Assembly (NCBI GenBank): GCA_964016885.1
Contig: OZ024747.1
Span: forward strand, 50,158,001-50,222,000
DNA length: 64,000 nucleotides
Direction of reading: 5' to 3'
Origin: Eledone cirrhosa
Taxonomy: Eukaryota
In this document: positions 1 to 14,040 of the stretch, one piece after another
Layout: every line of letters begins with the position of its first letter
Numbering within the stretch: the first letter of the stretch is position 1
The notes under the pieces: generated by a model
What the model was told of the DNA's origin: nothing
Databases searched by the model: none
The model's input: only the letters and a program-made list of their open reading frames with translations
Program-made: the position numbers and the translations under genes

Positions 1-393
1 TTATAGTGGTGGTGGTGGTGGTTATAGTGGTAGTGGTGGTGTTAGTGGTTGTGGCGGTGGTGGTGGAGGCGGTGGTAGTGGTGGTGTTAGTGGTGGATAT
101 GGTGGTTATAGTAGTGGTGGTGGTGGTGGTTGTAGTGGTGGTGGTGGTTGTAGTGGTGGTGGTGGTGGTTACAGTGGTGGTGGTTATAGTGGTAGTGGTT
201 ATAGTGGTAGTGGTGGTAGTGATGGTTATAGTGGTGGTGGTTATAGTGGTAGTGGTTATAGTGGTAGTGGTGGTAGTGATGGTTATACTGGTGGTGGTTA
301 TAGTGGTGGTGGTGGTAGTGGTGGCGATGGCGGCGGTGGTGGTGGTTATAGTGGTGGTGGTGGCGGTGGTGGTTATATTGGTGGTGGTAATAG
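1..393. repeat. (GTG)n-derived low-complexity repeat
   Basis: GTGGTG/GTTATA/GTAGTG reiterations; poly-Val and poly-His ORFs are artefacts. Confidence 0.95.
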
Positions 394-849
394 TGTGTGT
401 GCATTGATGTCCTCTCTCTTTCACTCTCTGCTCTCGTCTCTCTCGCTCTCCCCATCCTTCTATGATAAGCAAATAAGGGCCCAGGCGCTGGCCGCCCGGT
501 GGAGAACAGCTAAGTCAGCCTGCCTAGACTATGTCGCTCCCTTTCGCTATTTACATTTTTTCTTCTGTTTCGTTGTTTTTTTTTTTAATATTCAAAAGTA
601 GATGAATTATAAATTTTGTCCTTATTTTTAAAGAGTTTTAATGGACTTCACATCCTGTCAAATAATAAGAAAGTAGTTGTAAAAAATAAACATGAAATAT
701 TGTAATAGAATCTAGACACAGAATCTAGAATCAAAATTTTGAAGAAAAATATAAAGTAATAATAATTATTTCCCTTGGTTTTCAAGGGTCGTAACTTTTA
801 TCATATTATAAAGGGTAATTTCCCTTGAATATTGTTTTACTTTTTTCCC

Positions 850-1184
850 TTACCTTTTAGCATTCACATTATTCTATATATACTATTAAATCCCGCCGAG
901 GTTAACTTTGCCTTTCATCCTTACGGGGTCGATAAAATAAAGTACCAGTAATGTACTGGGTAATTGCTGGCCTTGTGCCAAAAATAGAAGCAATTATGTT
1001 TTCATGGTAAAGGCTTTACCGCACATAATTATCTCACATAATGTCGAATCTATGAGATTTTAAAAGTATTTATTTTGAGAACAATACCTTAACGTCAGTT
1101 TGAGCGACCAGTTACAGCCAGTTTCAACAGAAAGAGTTAGAGAATTATGGCCGGTTTTGGCCGGTTTGAACATTAAAGGGTTAA
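850..1184. mobile_element. Degenerate piggyBac-like MITE interrupted by a SINE
   Basis: Left end ttaccttttagcattc, right end attaaagggttaa; same terminal motif as the compact MITE at 55798-55866. Confidence 0.4.
891..995 (+). mobile_element. tRNA-derived SINE family A, 5'-truncated
   Basis: cccgccgaggttaactttgcctttcatccttacggggtcgataaaataaagtaccag core, shared with about 9 other copies in the window. Confidence 0.9.
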
Positions 1185-1242
1185 GTGCTTTTGTGTTAGA
1201 AAGGAATCTTTTTAAACATTTAAGTTAAGTCTTACTTGAAGA

Positions 1243-1545
1243 CAGGTGGCTTAGTGGTTTGGATGTTGAACTAACGATATTAAAGTTATGAGTTCGATTC
1301 TCGGGGCATGAGGTACGTCGTGTCATTGATGAAAATACTTTACTTTACAGATGGAAATAAATTAGTTATACCTGTAACTTAAAGGGCCAGTCAGTCTTGT
1401 GACACATCGTGTCACGCTGGCTCTTCCTTAGGGTATATGTATTTGTAGAATACTCAGTCACTTTGACGTTAATTTGACGAGCAGGTTGTTTCATTCATCG
1501 AACAACTGAAATGTTCATCTTCGAAACTGACGGAGTACCAACACT
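1243..1545 (+). mobile_element. tRNA-derived SINE family B, diverged
   Basis: A-box-like gtggcttagtgg and B-box-like gagttcgattc; body matches 18793-19108. Confidence 0.75.
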
Positions 1546-1657
1546 CTTCACTGATCAATATATGAAAGTTGTTCATTCTGGTTTATCTTATTCTGGTACC
1601 TGGAATATTCCAATAAACCGGTATTCTGAAATTCTCGCCTTAGAAATAAGAGCAATG

Positions 1658-1835
1658 GTAGTATCGGCAGAGCGTCAGAGACCATGCTTTACAACATAGA
1701 GTTATGACCCTTTACGTTCTGAGTTCAAATCACGCCGAGGTTAACTATGCCTTTCATCCTTACGGGATCGATAAAATAAAGTACCAGTAATGCACTGTGG
1801 TAATTGCTGGCCTTGTGCTAAAAGTAGAAACAATT
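1658..1835 (+). mobile_element. SINE family A
   Basis: B-box gagttcaaat plus family core and the ccttgtgc..aaagtagaaacaatt tail. Confidence 0.9.
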
Positions 1836-1859
1836 AATTACTTTGATACAATATAACAC

Positions 1860-2320
1860 ACATACGTTGATTGCGACTTCTTGTCAGAAGAGTGTTATCC
1901 CTTCATTGAACACTGCAGAATCATGCGCACGCAAGTGACTTTTCAGACCCGCTTTTGTTTTGCAGATACGTTCACAGATGTGACACTTGAACTGCTTGTC
2001 TCATGGCATCCGTTTTACCATGTCTGGTCAGTCCAGCAGATGACTTGCAAATTAAGCCACACTCATTGCAAATGTACCGTGGAGTGTGTGGCAGTAGAAC
2101 CCTCTCACAAGTGGGTTGATTTCTTCCTGGCTCATGTGAATTCAGATGGGTGACAACTCCAGCACCTGTTAGAAGAAATCGACCACTTACATTGTACCCC
2201 AATTCCTCCTGGATTTCTGGTTTACGCTGTGACCTTTATCATCTGGTCAGCTCCCCATAAAATAACTGTTTAGACAGCTTTCCATCTTCCCTCCTGACCA
2301 CATGCCCAGCCCAACACATC
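1860..2320 (-). mobile_element. RTE-type LINE 3' fragment with C2H2 zinc finger
   Basis: Minus-strand KQLFYGEL motif and YICNECGLICKSSAGLTRH finger. Confidence 0.6.
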
Positions 2321-2341
2321 TAGTTCATAATACATATATAC

Positions 2342-2448
<107 letters not shown>

Positions 2449-2536
2449 GGAGTTGTATTTAATTTGTTGGAATTCCGATAAACATAAATGTTTATAACTG
2501 ATATAGAGCACTCAACAAGTTAGTGGAGTAAATATT

Positions 2537-2815
2537 CCAAGATAATAATAAATGGAAACTATATTTATAAAACCATATTTATTTTATTATATAGATTTCA
2601 AGGGCGACCAAGCAACTCTTGGTGCGCTTTCATCAGATAATATACAAAATTTGTTTTATAAATAATGATATACCCATGGAAATCACACCTTAACGGTCCG
2701 AAATTTTTTTACTTTATCTGATGAAAGCGCACCAAGATTTGCTTGGTGACCCTTGAAATATATATAATAAAATAAATATGGTTTTATAAATATAGTTTCC
2801 ATTTATTATTATCTT

Positions 2816-2817
<2 letters not shown>
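2537..2817. repeat. Fold-back inverted repeat (about 104-bp arms) of a PLE-type terminal repeat, each arm carrying a hammerhead
   Basis: 2537-2640 is the reverse complement of 2714-2817; right arm abuts (TA)n. Confidence 0.9.
2713..2771 (+). ncRNA. Type I hammerhead ribozyme (minimal palindromic stem III)
   Basis: tttat-CTGATGA-aagcgcaccaag..cttggtgaccctt-GAAA-tatata-TA-ataaa; homologues at 2583-2640(-), 9540-9595(-), 18537-18590(+). Confidence 0.8.
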
Positions 2818-2886
<69 letters not shown>

Positions 2887-3379
2887 GCAACAATGACATA
2901 AACAGGTACTTAAGTTTCGTTGGGTTCTGAACCCCAACTCATTCAACCTGTCATAAGAAGATATTTCAGGTTAAATTTCATTTGTGTGCAAACAAAATAA
3001 CTATAGAAGATTGCTTACCAAAGTTAGCACTTGTAGACTGATATTGTACAGAAACATATGTTAAGGAACGAACTCTAAATTAATTTCCTCCTTCTAACCA
3101 TTACTTCTTGCCTAGTCATTCCTGTTTTTCTTGGTAATATATATTCAATTTGATCATTTTATTACGGATTATTCGTATTTCCTAATTAGTTGTTTATGCT
3201 TGGTTTGGAACAATAGTGGTGATAAATTCAGATGTGTATCCACGTTTCGAGACTTTCACGACCGCATCATCAATATCAGAATGGCCATACTAATGGCGTA
3301 TTGATCACGTGCTTAGCAAGGGGGTGGTAGGAAATCGTAGAGACTTGATTTAGTATTTCTGACGTTTCTAGTACATCCC

Positions 3380-3504
3380 AGATCTGAAAGAGATAAAGAG
3401 AGAGGTGGGGAGAAAGAAAAGAGGAGAGAGATATAGAGAGAGAAAGAAAAGAAAATGAGAGAGAGAGAAAAGAGAATGAGAGAGAGAGAGAAAGAAAGAG
3501 AGAG

Positions 3505-3547
<43 letters not shown>

Positions 3548-3600
3548 GTGGAGAAAGAGAAAGAAAGGAGAAGGAGAGAGAGAAAGGGATGAGGATAGAG
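3380..3600. repeat. (GA)n purine-rich repeat
   Basis: Direct inspection. Confidence 0.9.
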
Positions 3601-3764
3601 AAACTATCTTTTCAATTACTACGTTGATGTTTGATGTATGAATGAGATAATGTTTACTCTCGCTCTTTCTACATGGCACACACCGGACGATGACGGAATA
3701 TAACGGAAATGGACGGGAATTTATTAAAACCCATCAAAAGTAGAATGGATTGGACGTAGGCGGT

Positions 3765-3880
3765 GAGTGTGTGTTTGTGTGTATATGTGTGCTATGTGTG
3801 CGGATGTGAATGTATGCGTAATTCTCGGGTGTGTGTGTATTCGTGTGTAAATATATATGTTGTTGCGTGATTATGTGAGA

Positions 3881-3961
<81 letters not shown>

Positions 3962-4830
3962 TACGTGACAGTGTGTATGTGTGAAAATATGTGAGTGTGT
4001 TTATGTATATGTGCGTGTGGATGAGGTGTTTATGTATATGTGTGTGTGGATGACAAAAGAATAACCAAGAAAAATCAAAGAAAAATATACACACCAATAC
4101 ATACGAATACAGACGTATGACACACACGCAAATACATACATCCATTTACAGACAAATACATACATACACACGCACATAAAACATACGATTACATACATAT
4201 ACACACACATAAATACATATACAGACAAATACACACACATAAATACATATAAAGACAAATACATACATACACAAATACATATAAAGACAAATACATACAT
4301 ACACAAATACATACATATATACAGACAAATACATACATATAAAAAAAAATACATTCATATACATACATAAAACACACGAATGCAGACATATAACACACAC
4401 AAATACATACATATACATACATATACACACATATACACACGAATGCAGACATATAACACACAAATACATACATATACATATACACACTTATACACACGAA
4501 TAGACATAACACACACACAAATACACACACACACACACATATATATACATACACACATATATATATACACACACTGACACAAAACATACACACACACGAC
4601 TATACCTACAAACACATAGACAAATACACCTACAAATACACACAGAGAAATACGCACACATTCACATGCACTCATACAAATACAAAAACAAATGAACACA
4701 TAATGACATACACACACACAATAACACACCCACAATGACACGCACACACACACACACAATGACACACACAACGACACACACAACGACACACACACACACA
4801 CATATATACACACATATACAAATACAAACG
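3765..4830. repeat. (TG)n/(CA)n/(ACAT)n microsatellite mosaic
   Basis: Direct inspection. Confidence 0.9.
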
Positions 4831-5299
4831 ATAAATAATAAAAGATTTGATTGCGAGAAGAGGCGAAGACATTGTATGTATATCAAAGAATATTTGTTGT
4901 CCTGTCGGATGATAGAGGACTGGTCTGGTGTCATATTGAAACATTAATGGCTGAACTGGGAACAGACATTCATTAAAACGGCTGTTGTTGCTACAGAAAG
5001 AAACGATCGTCTGTTTGGTTTCAAAGTTTAAACAAACGGCTGCCATTTTGAATCTTTCCTTTCCTCTTCTCTGTCGCCATTTCACCAAGTGTGAGAGAGT
5101 GAATGTATACATCATAGATATATATTTGAAAAAAAAGAGATGACTGACTTCACTGGAGGTTAGTATTCTTTAATTCCACTAAATAGACACACACACAAAT
5201 ATATGTATATATATATATATATAAGTTATTCCGGGTTAAATCGGAGGTAACCACAGTAAGTAAGGTACTCAATACATAGCAGAGTATAAATGTAAATGT

Positions 5300-5444
5300 T
5301 TAATATAGAAGAGCTTCTACAGGACTAGAACTGTTTCATTTGTGAGAAACCATCAGGAAGCTCATCAGGAAGCTCATCAGGAGCTTCCTGATGATTTCTC
5401 ACGAATGAAATAGTTCTACTCCTGTAGAAACTCTTCTATATTAA
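5300..5444. repeat. Fold-back inverted repeat with a hammerhead in each arm
   Basis: 5300-5363 vs 5381-5444; plus arm cttc-CTGATGA-tttctcacgaat-GAAA-tag..ctg-TA-gaa; centre holds tandem catcaggaagct; same family at 32028-32200. Confidence 0.85.
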
Positions 5445-5469
5445 TATATATATATATATATATATGAAA

Positions 5470-6750
5470 AAATGGGGAGAAGAATACTGCAGGTTGCACA
5501 TGGATAACATGTTATAAAATGAGTCCCTCATCAGTGATTTGCCAACGATCATAGATATTTCATTGCATTAAAAATCATATACCTCACGTTGGTGCAATAA
5601 TAACTAAATTAAGTTATTAGGACAATTAAAACGCGTAAAGCGAGTGAGACAAGTAACAACAAAGAGGAAAGCTAACCGTAGATAGGAAGGGCACAAGCTA
5701 CATAGTTATTCTGTCAGCATAAGCTGGGTGAATATATGAGCGCGTAGAAAAAGACCTTTCGAGATGAATCCAAATGTAAGAAAGAAGGAAATTGTTTTCG
5801 TCGCGAACGGGGTGAAGTGAGAAGGGGAGAAACAGTGAGTGAGTGAGTGGAAGTGTGAGGAAGAGGTCAGTAGAGAGAAAGAGTTAACTGACAAACAATA
5901 AATCAAATAATTTTGAAAACCATACAATTCACTAGAAAATTAAAATTGCCAAGATAACAATAAAATCTTACCTTAGCAAATTGAATAATCCCAAATATTT
6001 TAAGGTTTAAAACCCATTATCAAAGGAGAGACTTAAAGAATCGATCGGAGATGACTTGTTAGGTATTTAGGCAATAATTAGTGTTTCAGATAGCGCAATT
6101 GGCTAGGGTGCATCCGTTATCCTCGTTGGGGGGTTGCCTTGTAGAGAGGCATCTTCGCAGGAAAGGTCCAGAGTGAGCTAGTTTGATATTGAGGCCCCCT
6201 CTTCTGATGGCTTTGCGTATGGCGTTGGTGGTTTCCTCGCTGAGATGTGGGATCTTGAAGAAGCAACTGTTGTTTGTGTTGATCAGGTCTCTGGGTCTGG
6301 GGTGGAGAAGGAAGCTGGGTAGCCGTTAATCTCTAGCACCCTGTGGAAGCGTCGCTGCATCGGTTGCTTATGCGAGCCATTTCCTTGAAGATGTACCCTC
6401 TTTTAGAGCTGTTGTGGAGGGCAGATTTGTAATGAACAAACAGATCCCTGCTGGCCGCTTTGCGGTAGAAATCGGTGTGGATTTCACCGCTATCAGAGAT
6501 GTTTAGTCTGAAATCAAGTAGAGAGAGGGACCCGGAGTCGGTGGGATATTCGATGCTGAACTTGATGTTATTGTCAGCATTGTTGAAAGATTCGAAAATC
6601 TTGTTAGCATTCTCCTTGGTGGATGTGAGGATGAGTATATCATCCACATATATAGTGGAGAAAGCGCTGGTGTCGCAGGAGCTGAGTACTCGGCGTTCTA
6701 GTCTGTTCATATATGAAATGGCCAGTACCCCCAAGAAGCTGGATTCCATT
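5470..6750 (-). mobile_element. Penelope-like element remnant (RT C-terminal half plus 3' region)
   Basis: ORF 6333-6749: YVDDILI, IKFSIE, LSLLDF, FYRK..LFVHYKSA are PLE RT motifs; stops downstream. Confidence 0.85.
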
Positions 6751-7260
6751 CACTGAATGTGACGGTTTCAGCGACCTGGACTTGCTCAGGCTACTTTTAG
6801 TGTTTCCAACCAGTTCTTGTGAAGCTGAAAGATTTGCGGAGACTCAAAACTTGGCTGCGATCGACCATGACTCAGCAAAGGTTGAATCATATTCTAATAT
6901 GCCACTTTCATAGAGATATTTTGAAAAAGATTAGTTGTGAAAAAGTTGCTAAATTATTTATTGACAGCAATGATGCGAGATATAACACATTTGGAAAGTT
7001 CTAAAAGAAAATTAATTTAATTTATATTTTTTTTATTCAAACGTCTATGTTTTATTTTTTGTTTATTTCATATAATAGATTGTTTTTAAGCTTATTTTTT
7101 TTTTTTTATATCTGAACTTCATTTGAATATATAAAATTTAATTAGCGTAAAATTTTACTTATGTCATATGGTCCGGGAAAGTCACCATAAGCAATATTAA
7201 CATGGTCCAACAAATGTTGGTTTGTTCTCCTCATATTTTTTAAGGCAAACGAGGCCCCTG
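6751..7260 (+). mobile_element. hAT DNA transposon 3' fragment (dimerisation domain plus terminus)
   Basis: LLLVFPTSSCEAER / LRRLKTWLRSTMTQQRLN (frameshifted); ends in gaggcccctg, i.e. a CAGGGG-type TIR. Confidence 0.8.
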
Positions 7261-7314
7261 TATGTATATATGTATATATCTATCTATCTATATATCTATA
7301 TATCTCTCTATGTA

Positions 7315-7384
<70 letters not shown>

Positions 7385-7703
7385 CCAATGAAGGCTGGAA
7401 GATCACTGATGAAGGACTAAATTTATTCATATGTAAACCATTTGCAACCACGCAGAATGCCATGATTTCATATTTTTCATATATATATATATACATATAA
7501 ATGGCAAAGTAAAAAAACCAAAACAATAACAAAGAGTGCAGTTACGAACAGTGTTGGTATTAGGTTCACGCTTGAGAGTGAATTAAAAATCCACTGTCAA
7601 TAAATACACCACGATTTTTTCATTCTGATGACTGAAACCAAATTTTGTTTGCTTTCAAGAAACCACTGGTAAATGAAATAATTATCTTATGTTGTTTATT
7701 ACA

Positions 7704-7764
<61 letters not shown>

Positions 7765-7766
<2 letters not shown>

Positions 7767-7882
7767 CGAAGGAAGTGTGGTAAGGAACCAGGTGGTCCAT
7801 AACGCACCAGTGTACTCAATACTGTGGGTAACAGGAAAAGAGTCAGGATCCCGACGGCAGAGCTCAAGCCGTTGCGACGGCT
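7765..7882 (-). mobile_element. PLE/retrozyme-like terminal repeat, family 'aacgaagga..ccgacggctgagctc'
   Basis: Homologous to 11941-12020, 12452-12628, 51630-51808 and 58010-58056; all within (TA)n. Confidence 0.7.
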
Positions 7883-7897
7883 ATATATACATACATA

Positions 7898-8083
7898 TAA
7901 TTGTTTCTACTTTTGGCACAAGGCCAGAAATTACCCAGTACATTACTGGTACTTTATTTTATCGACCCAGTAAGGATGAAAGGCAAAGTTAACCTCGGCG
8001 GGATTTGAACTCAGATCATAAAGGGACGTAACTCTATGCTTCAAAGCATGGTGTCCGACTCTCTACCGATACTGCCAATCCAC
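7898..8083 (-). mobile_element. SINE family A, near full length
   Basis: Reverse complement of the 11242-11425 copy. Confidence 0.9.
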
Positions 8084-8372
8084 GTACGTGTATACATGTA
8101 GGAACGTATGTCGTGTCCCATCGCATATGTCTTCACACTAATTACAACACAGACACTTCTTGCTTTATTAAAACTGTCATCTTTCGTCTGCTTCGTTGCT
8201 GTTGTCAAATATTTCTTTGCTTTCTCTCTGTTGTTGTAGTGATGGTTGCTTAGCTTATTTGTTGCTGTTTCGAATTTTAAACCTATTCAAATATACATGC
8301 ACAGACACAAATACATACATACGCGCAAACATCCACACACACATACACACGCGACGCACGCGACGCACGCGA

Positions 8373-8484
<112 letters not shown>

Positions 8485-8803
8485 CATATATATGCTGTCG
8501 AAAACTAAATTCTTGGAACCAAATCATCTTAAAGAGATTAAGCGTAGCTGATAAAGCAGGCCCTTCGAATTATGGAAAACAACAGATTTTTGCCATCTCA
8601 GTGTCTTGCACAAGGACACAACACATCACCGGGAATGGAACTCATGAACCGAACACCGTTAACCAATAAACTACGTATCTTCACACGCGCATATATATAT
8701 AAACAAGTGCACATAAACACACAAAATAAAACACATACATACTTACAGGCTTGCATGTAGAGAGATAGACATATAGATAGATAGATAGATAGATTGATAG
8801 ATA

Positions 8804-9247
8804 GATTTCTTTATTTGCCACAAGGGCGCACAAGAAAAGGGGACAATACAAAGATACATGCCGGGGATTTTACATACAGTCGTGTAAAAATATTGAAACA
8901 AACAATTATAACAATCGAAATCCCCAATAGGGGGAAAGCGCCACAAATGGGTTGTTTAATACCCCGTCGATAGAACAATCCTCAACTTCAGGAGCGTGTT
9001 GTGCAAGTGCTCCCTTCTTCCTTTTGCTCTCTTCTTTAACCTACAGGTTTATATACAAAGAAGGCCCAATCACTCGGGCCATTTTCGCTTCATTCACCCA
9101 CCTTTCAGTAAATTTACTGCGGTGCAGTGCCTCTCTCTCCACTCTGATTCTCCTTCTAAAGTGACACTTAAAGAAGGGAATCAATTGTTGTCCAGAGAGA
9201 AAGGTATCTGTCCTCAGTCCTCTCAATCTCGTCCATCATAGCCACTG
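8804..9247 (-). mobile_element. L1/Tx1-like LINE 3' end, 5'-truncated
   Basis: GLRTDTFLSGQQLIPFFK matches the ORF2 C-terminus at 48500-48829; terminal cccttgtggcaaataaagaaa; (GATA)n on both sides. Confidence 0.85.
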
Positions 9248-9291
9248 TAGATAGATAGATGCTGATAGATAGGTACATAGATATATAGACA

Positions 9292-9349
<58 letters not shown>

Positions 9350-9454
9350 CGGAACAAGCAAACATTAAACAATCTTTTAAATAAATTAAAATACGATTTA
9401 AATATTTACCTCTTCTAGTGCCATGACCGACGGTTTCGCTTATCAAAAGATTGG

Positions 9455-9492
<38 letters not shown>

Positions 9493-9796
9493 GATATATT
9501 AACAAATGGAAACTATATTTATAAAACCATATTTATTTCATTATACATATTTCAAGGACACCAAGTTAAATTATGATGTGCTTTCATCAGATAAAATATA
9601 ATATAGATCAGTTTTATAAATAAATATTGACATACCCTTAAAGAATGCGACCATTTCTGTTGGAAGCTCCCGGATAGTGGGGTTATTAAATTTATTTATT
9701 CTATTATGCAAATTAGTGTCGGATATGTTTAAATCACAGTAGATTTAAAATAAGCCGTTGGGGTATGGAGAAAGGGAAAGAGATAGATAGATAGAT

Positions 9797-10310
9797 GTTT
9801 CTTTATTTGCCACAAGGGCGCACAAGGAATGGGAGATTACAAGACGTGACGGCGGGGGTTTTACATAAAGTTGTGTAAACTTTGACATTAATAAATTACA
9901 TAAACTACATATTAAAATAAAATAACAATCGAAATCCCCAAATATTGGGAAACGTTACTGCGGGGCTTGTTTTACATTCCGTAGATAGACCGATCCTCAA
10001 CACCAGGAACACGTTTTGTAAGTGCTCCAGTCTTCCCTCTTTTGTCTTCTTCAGCCTACAGTTTTATGTACAGCGAAGGCCCATTCACTCGAGTCATCTT
10101 CGCCACATTCACCCATCTTTCACTGAACTTACTGTGGTGTAGCACTTCTCTCGCTCCACTTTTACCTTCCTTATGACGTGGTATTTAAAGAAGGGGATGA
10201 GTTGTTCTCCGGAGAGGAAGGTGTTTTCACTCAGTCCTTCCAGCCTCGTCCACCATATCACCTCTTTCGCGTCTCCTTCATTGTTAGAGGAAGGCGGGGT
10301 TGGTGGAGAT
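9797..10310 (-). mobile_element. L1/Tx1-like LINE 3' end
   Basis: AKEVIWWTRLEGL..FLSGEQLIPFFK; same terminus next to (GATA)n. Confidence 0.85.
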
Positions 10311-10364
10311 AGAAACCTCCATATATGCATTATCGACATAAATATATTGGAAATATATGTAACA

Positions 10365-10407
<43 letters not shown>

Positions 10408-10551
10408 CATGTGTGTTGTTTGTTCAGCTTATTGTCAATGTGTCTGTCTAATGATAGATGTACACTGCCATCATATCTTCATAAATACACAAGTAATTAT
10501 ATATAATATATAACACCCCCACAACTCACACATATACACGTTCATATATAT

Positions 10552-10653
<102 letters not shown>

Positions 10654-11040
10654 TTATATGTGTGTGTATTCATTTACCTATATACAAATGTGCGTACAAA
10701 TGCATGTATATATGTATATGTATATATAAATATATATATAAATATATATATATATGTGTGTGCGTATATACACAGACACAGACACAGACACACACATACA
10801 CACACACACATATATATATATACATACATACTTGCTGACATCGAGAGAGGAGAGAGTGTTGTGGACAACTGTCAAATCCATTGGTGTGGTAATGTGACAA
10901 ATCTGATGTCACTTTGTCACGTCTCCTGCTATACAAGTGTCTCACTGTCCGGAAGTATTATCAATCAAACACTCCCATTGGCCGGACACCTATTATACTC
11001 CAGGAAACACTGATGCTGTGCTCTCTCTACACACACATAA

Positions 11041-11131
<91 letters not shown>

Positions 11132-11241
11132 TATATATGCCATAAAGAGAGACGAACACCGATATATACAGATATGTGTTCAAATCACAAGGGACAAAAA
11201 CCGCCAGGGTCTCCCTTTATGGTATTATTAGGCTCGGACAT

Positions 11242-11425
11242 GGCGGTGGATTGGCAGTATCGGTAGAGGGTCGGACGCCATGCTTTCCAGCATAGTTACG
11301 TCCCTTTCCGATCCGAGTTCAAATCCCGCCGAGGTTGACTTTGCCTTTCATCCTTACGGGGTCGATAAAATAAAGTACCAGTAATGCACTGGGTAATTGC
11401 TGGCCTTGTGCCTAAAGTAGAAACA
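11242..11425 (+). mobile_element. SINE family A, full length, 18-bp TSD
   Basis: attattaggctcggacat at 11224-11241 and 11426-11443; A-box-like tggcagtatcgg, B-box gagttcaaatccc. Confidence 0.93.
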
Positions 11426-11546
11426 ATTATTAGGCTCGGACATTTTTTTCTTGAGCTACTTTGATTATAAGGGACTAATTTCAGTTTTTAACTCAATATA
11501 TACTTTTGATAAATTGAGCTCCTTCGCTTTTGTTGAGGTGAATATA

Positions 11547-11625
11547 CACCCGCCGACGAGCTACATCTACAATATGGAGTCTTCCCTTATAGCGAAACAT
11601 ACTCTTATTTGAGTATGTCCCGGTG
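11547..11625 (+). ncRNA. Type I hammerhead ribozyme, U4C core variant
   Basis: cacccg-CCGACGA-gcta..tagc-GAAA-catactc(ttattt)gagtatg-TC-ccggtg; perfect 7-bp stem III. Confidence 0.7.
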
Positions 11626-11868
11626 TTACTGTTATAATCGAATGGTCAGTATACTTTAATATATTCTTTATATTGATTTGTATTCACCATTCCTTCCGTA
11701 GGTAATATGTTCGTCCCTCTGGTGGTTTTTGATCCCTTCTGGTTGAACACATATCTCTATGTATACTTCTATTCATATGGTGATTTATAAAGAGCCCTGA
11801 ATATATATTCCTTGTGCTCCCTAAATTATAGGGGATTAATGTGAGTTTTTAACTTCGTTAATTAATTT

Positions 11869-11940
<72 letters not shown>

Positions 11941-11942
<2 letters not shown>

Positions 11943-12017
11943 AGTAAGTAAGAACCCGACGGCTGAGCTCAAGCCGTTTCGACGGCTAATTCTGTACAGA
12001 ATTAGCCGTCGAAACGG

Positions 12018-12020
<3 letters not shown>
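11941..12020. repeat. Perfect palindrome of the hammerhead-half family
   Basis: agccgtttcgacggctaattctgt|acagaattagccgtcgaaacggct between (TA)n tracts. Confidence 0.85.
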
Positions 12021-12067
<47 letters not shown>

Positions 12068-12069
<2 letters not shown>

Positions 12070-12397
12070 AAAATTAATTTAATTAAATTAAATTAAGGGA
12101 GTCATGTCTGAGACATGGGCCATTCGCAGATTTGCATTTGATGTGTAAACAGAGTTAGTTAAATCTTCTCCCTTGCTGAAGATTCGGAATTTGACTACTG
12201 TGACTTTACGGATTAATGGTGAAATATATTTCTTTAATGAAATATATACAAGGAAGATTAATCATTCTTAAAAAAGTAATATTTGAAGCTCTAGTTAAAC
12301 TTTAATTAGTTACCTTCCTAGCTATGTGTGATTACACACTTTACAAATTATCCCCTGTGATTGTTTCATGTGTTTATTTTAAATATCAATCTCTAGT

Positions 12398-12400
<3 letters not shown>
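12068..12400. repeat. Dispersed repeat related to 61980-62563
   Basis: 12210-12400 is the reverse complement of 61981-62170; flanked by (TA)n. Confidence 0.65.
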
Positions 12401-12451
<51 letters not shown>

Positions 12452-12453
<2 letters not shown>

Positions 12454-12627
12454 CGAAGGAAATGTGGTAAGGAACCAGACGGACCATAACGCACCAAAGT
12501 ACTCAATACTTAGGGTAGTAGAGTGGGTAATAGGAACGAGTAGGACCCCGACGGCTGAGCTCAAACCGTTTCGACGGATAGCCGTCGAAACGGCTTGAGC
12601 TCAGCCGTCGGGGTCCTACTCGTTCCC

Positions 12628-12628
<1 letters not shown>
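12452..12628. repeat. PLE-like terminal repeat with fold-back
   Basis: ggaacgagtaggaccccgacgg.. / ..ccgtcggggtcctactcgttcc inverted arms; GAAA-cggct..agccg-TC hammerhead 3' half. Confidence 0.85.
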
Positions 12629-12659
<31 letters not shown>

Positions 12660-12730
12660 ATGAACCTTGATGTGGATTTAACCCCCAAAACTCTTTCCGA
12701 GCAATATAAGGAACACTTGTGATTATTTAT

Positions 12731-12768
12731 GCCCTTGAGAAGCCCAACTGGGCGAAACGCACGTAGGT
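12731..12768 (+). ncRNA. Minimal hammerhead-like motif, variant core
   Basis: gcc-CTTGAGAA-gcccaactgggc-GAAA-cgcacg-TA-ggt followed by aataaa. Confidence 0.5.
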
Positions 12769-12826
12769 GCTGTTTTAAATAAACATGTTTTAACGGTCTA
12801 TTCTCCGATTTTTTACTTTCCCACGT

Positions 12827-13040
<214 letters not shown>

Positions 13041-13160
13041 TTATTAAAATAACAGATTAAAGTTTAAGCAAAGAATCGCTGCTTTCACCCTTAACGGGAT
13101 CTTCTGAAACTAATCCTTATCGAGCCCTTTTGGGATTTTAGTCTTCAAATTTATTATTAT

Positions 13161-13207
<47 letters not shown>

Positions 13208-13284
13208 CATATATACATACATATATATATACATATATACATACATATATATATATATATACATACATATATATATATATATAT

Positions 13285-13631
13285 ATGCACTAATAAACCT
13301 GACGGCCGTATGTATGTAACAAACCTTTCGTCAAACGGCTGAACCAAACGACACCAAATTTGCACCATAAATGTAAAGTAAAAAAGTGAGGGTATTTTTG
13401 TCTACTAAATTTTGTTAAAAGGTTAAAGATATTATTTAAATATTCACTTCTTTAAAATTTTGAAATGTCAACACTTCCGGTTATACGACATTCTTCTCTC
13501 TTTCTTAGCCTGTCTTTTTAGATAGATACATAGCTATAATATGTCTCTGTATGTCTGGCTGTCTGCATTATGAAAACCATTCTGTACATTCACTTTGCTA
13601 TCTGTGTGTGTGTGTATATGTATATATATAC

Positions 13632-13682
<51 letters not shown>

Positions 13683-14040
13683 TGTATATATATATATAGT
13701 GTTAGTATCATAAATAAGAGACAGTTTAATTTGTACATTTTATTACAGCATTCCTTTATACGTATATATACGTATATATACATACATAAACATGTTATTT
13801 ACAGTTATATAAAAAAGAAGTATAATTGTTTCTACTTTAGGCACAAGGCCAGCAATTATCCCAGTACATTACTGGTACTTTATTATATATAATATATATA
13901 ATACGACATCCCTCTCTCTTTCTTACTCTGTCCTTTTAGATAGATACATAGCTATAACGTCGCACGCTTATAATATCTGTTTGTCTGGCTGCCTGTCTAC
14001 ATTGACTTCGCTTCCAACCAACTTTTAATTAATTATATAT
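13285..14040 (+). mobile_element. Probable Helitron 5' non-coding region with an internal duplication and a SINE scrap
   Basis: actaataaa..aaacggctgaacc..aaatttg resembles Helitron left ends (from memory); 13483-13568 is repeated at 13901-13997; SINE A 3' piece at 13823-13884(-). Confidence 0.4.
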
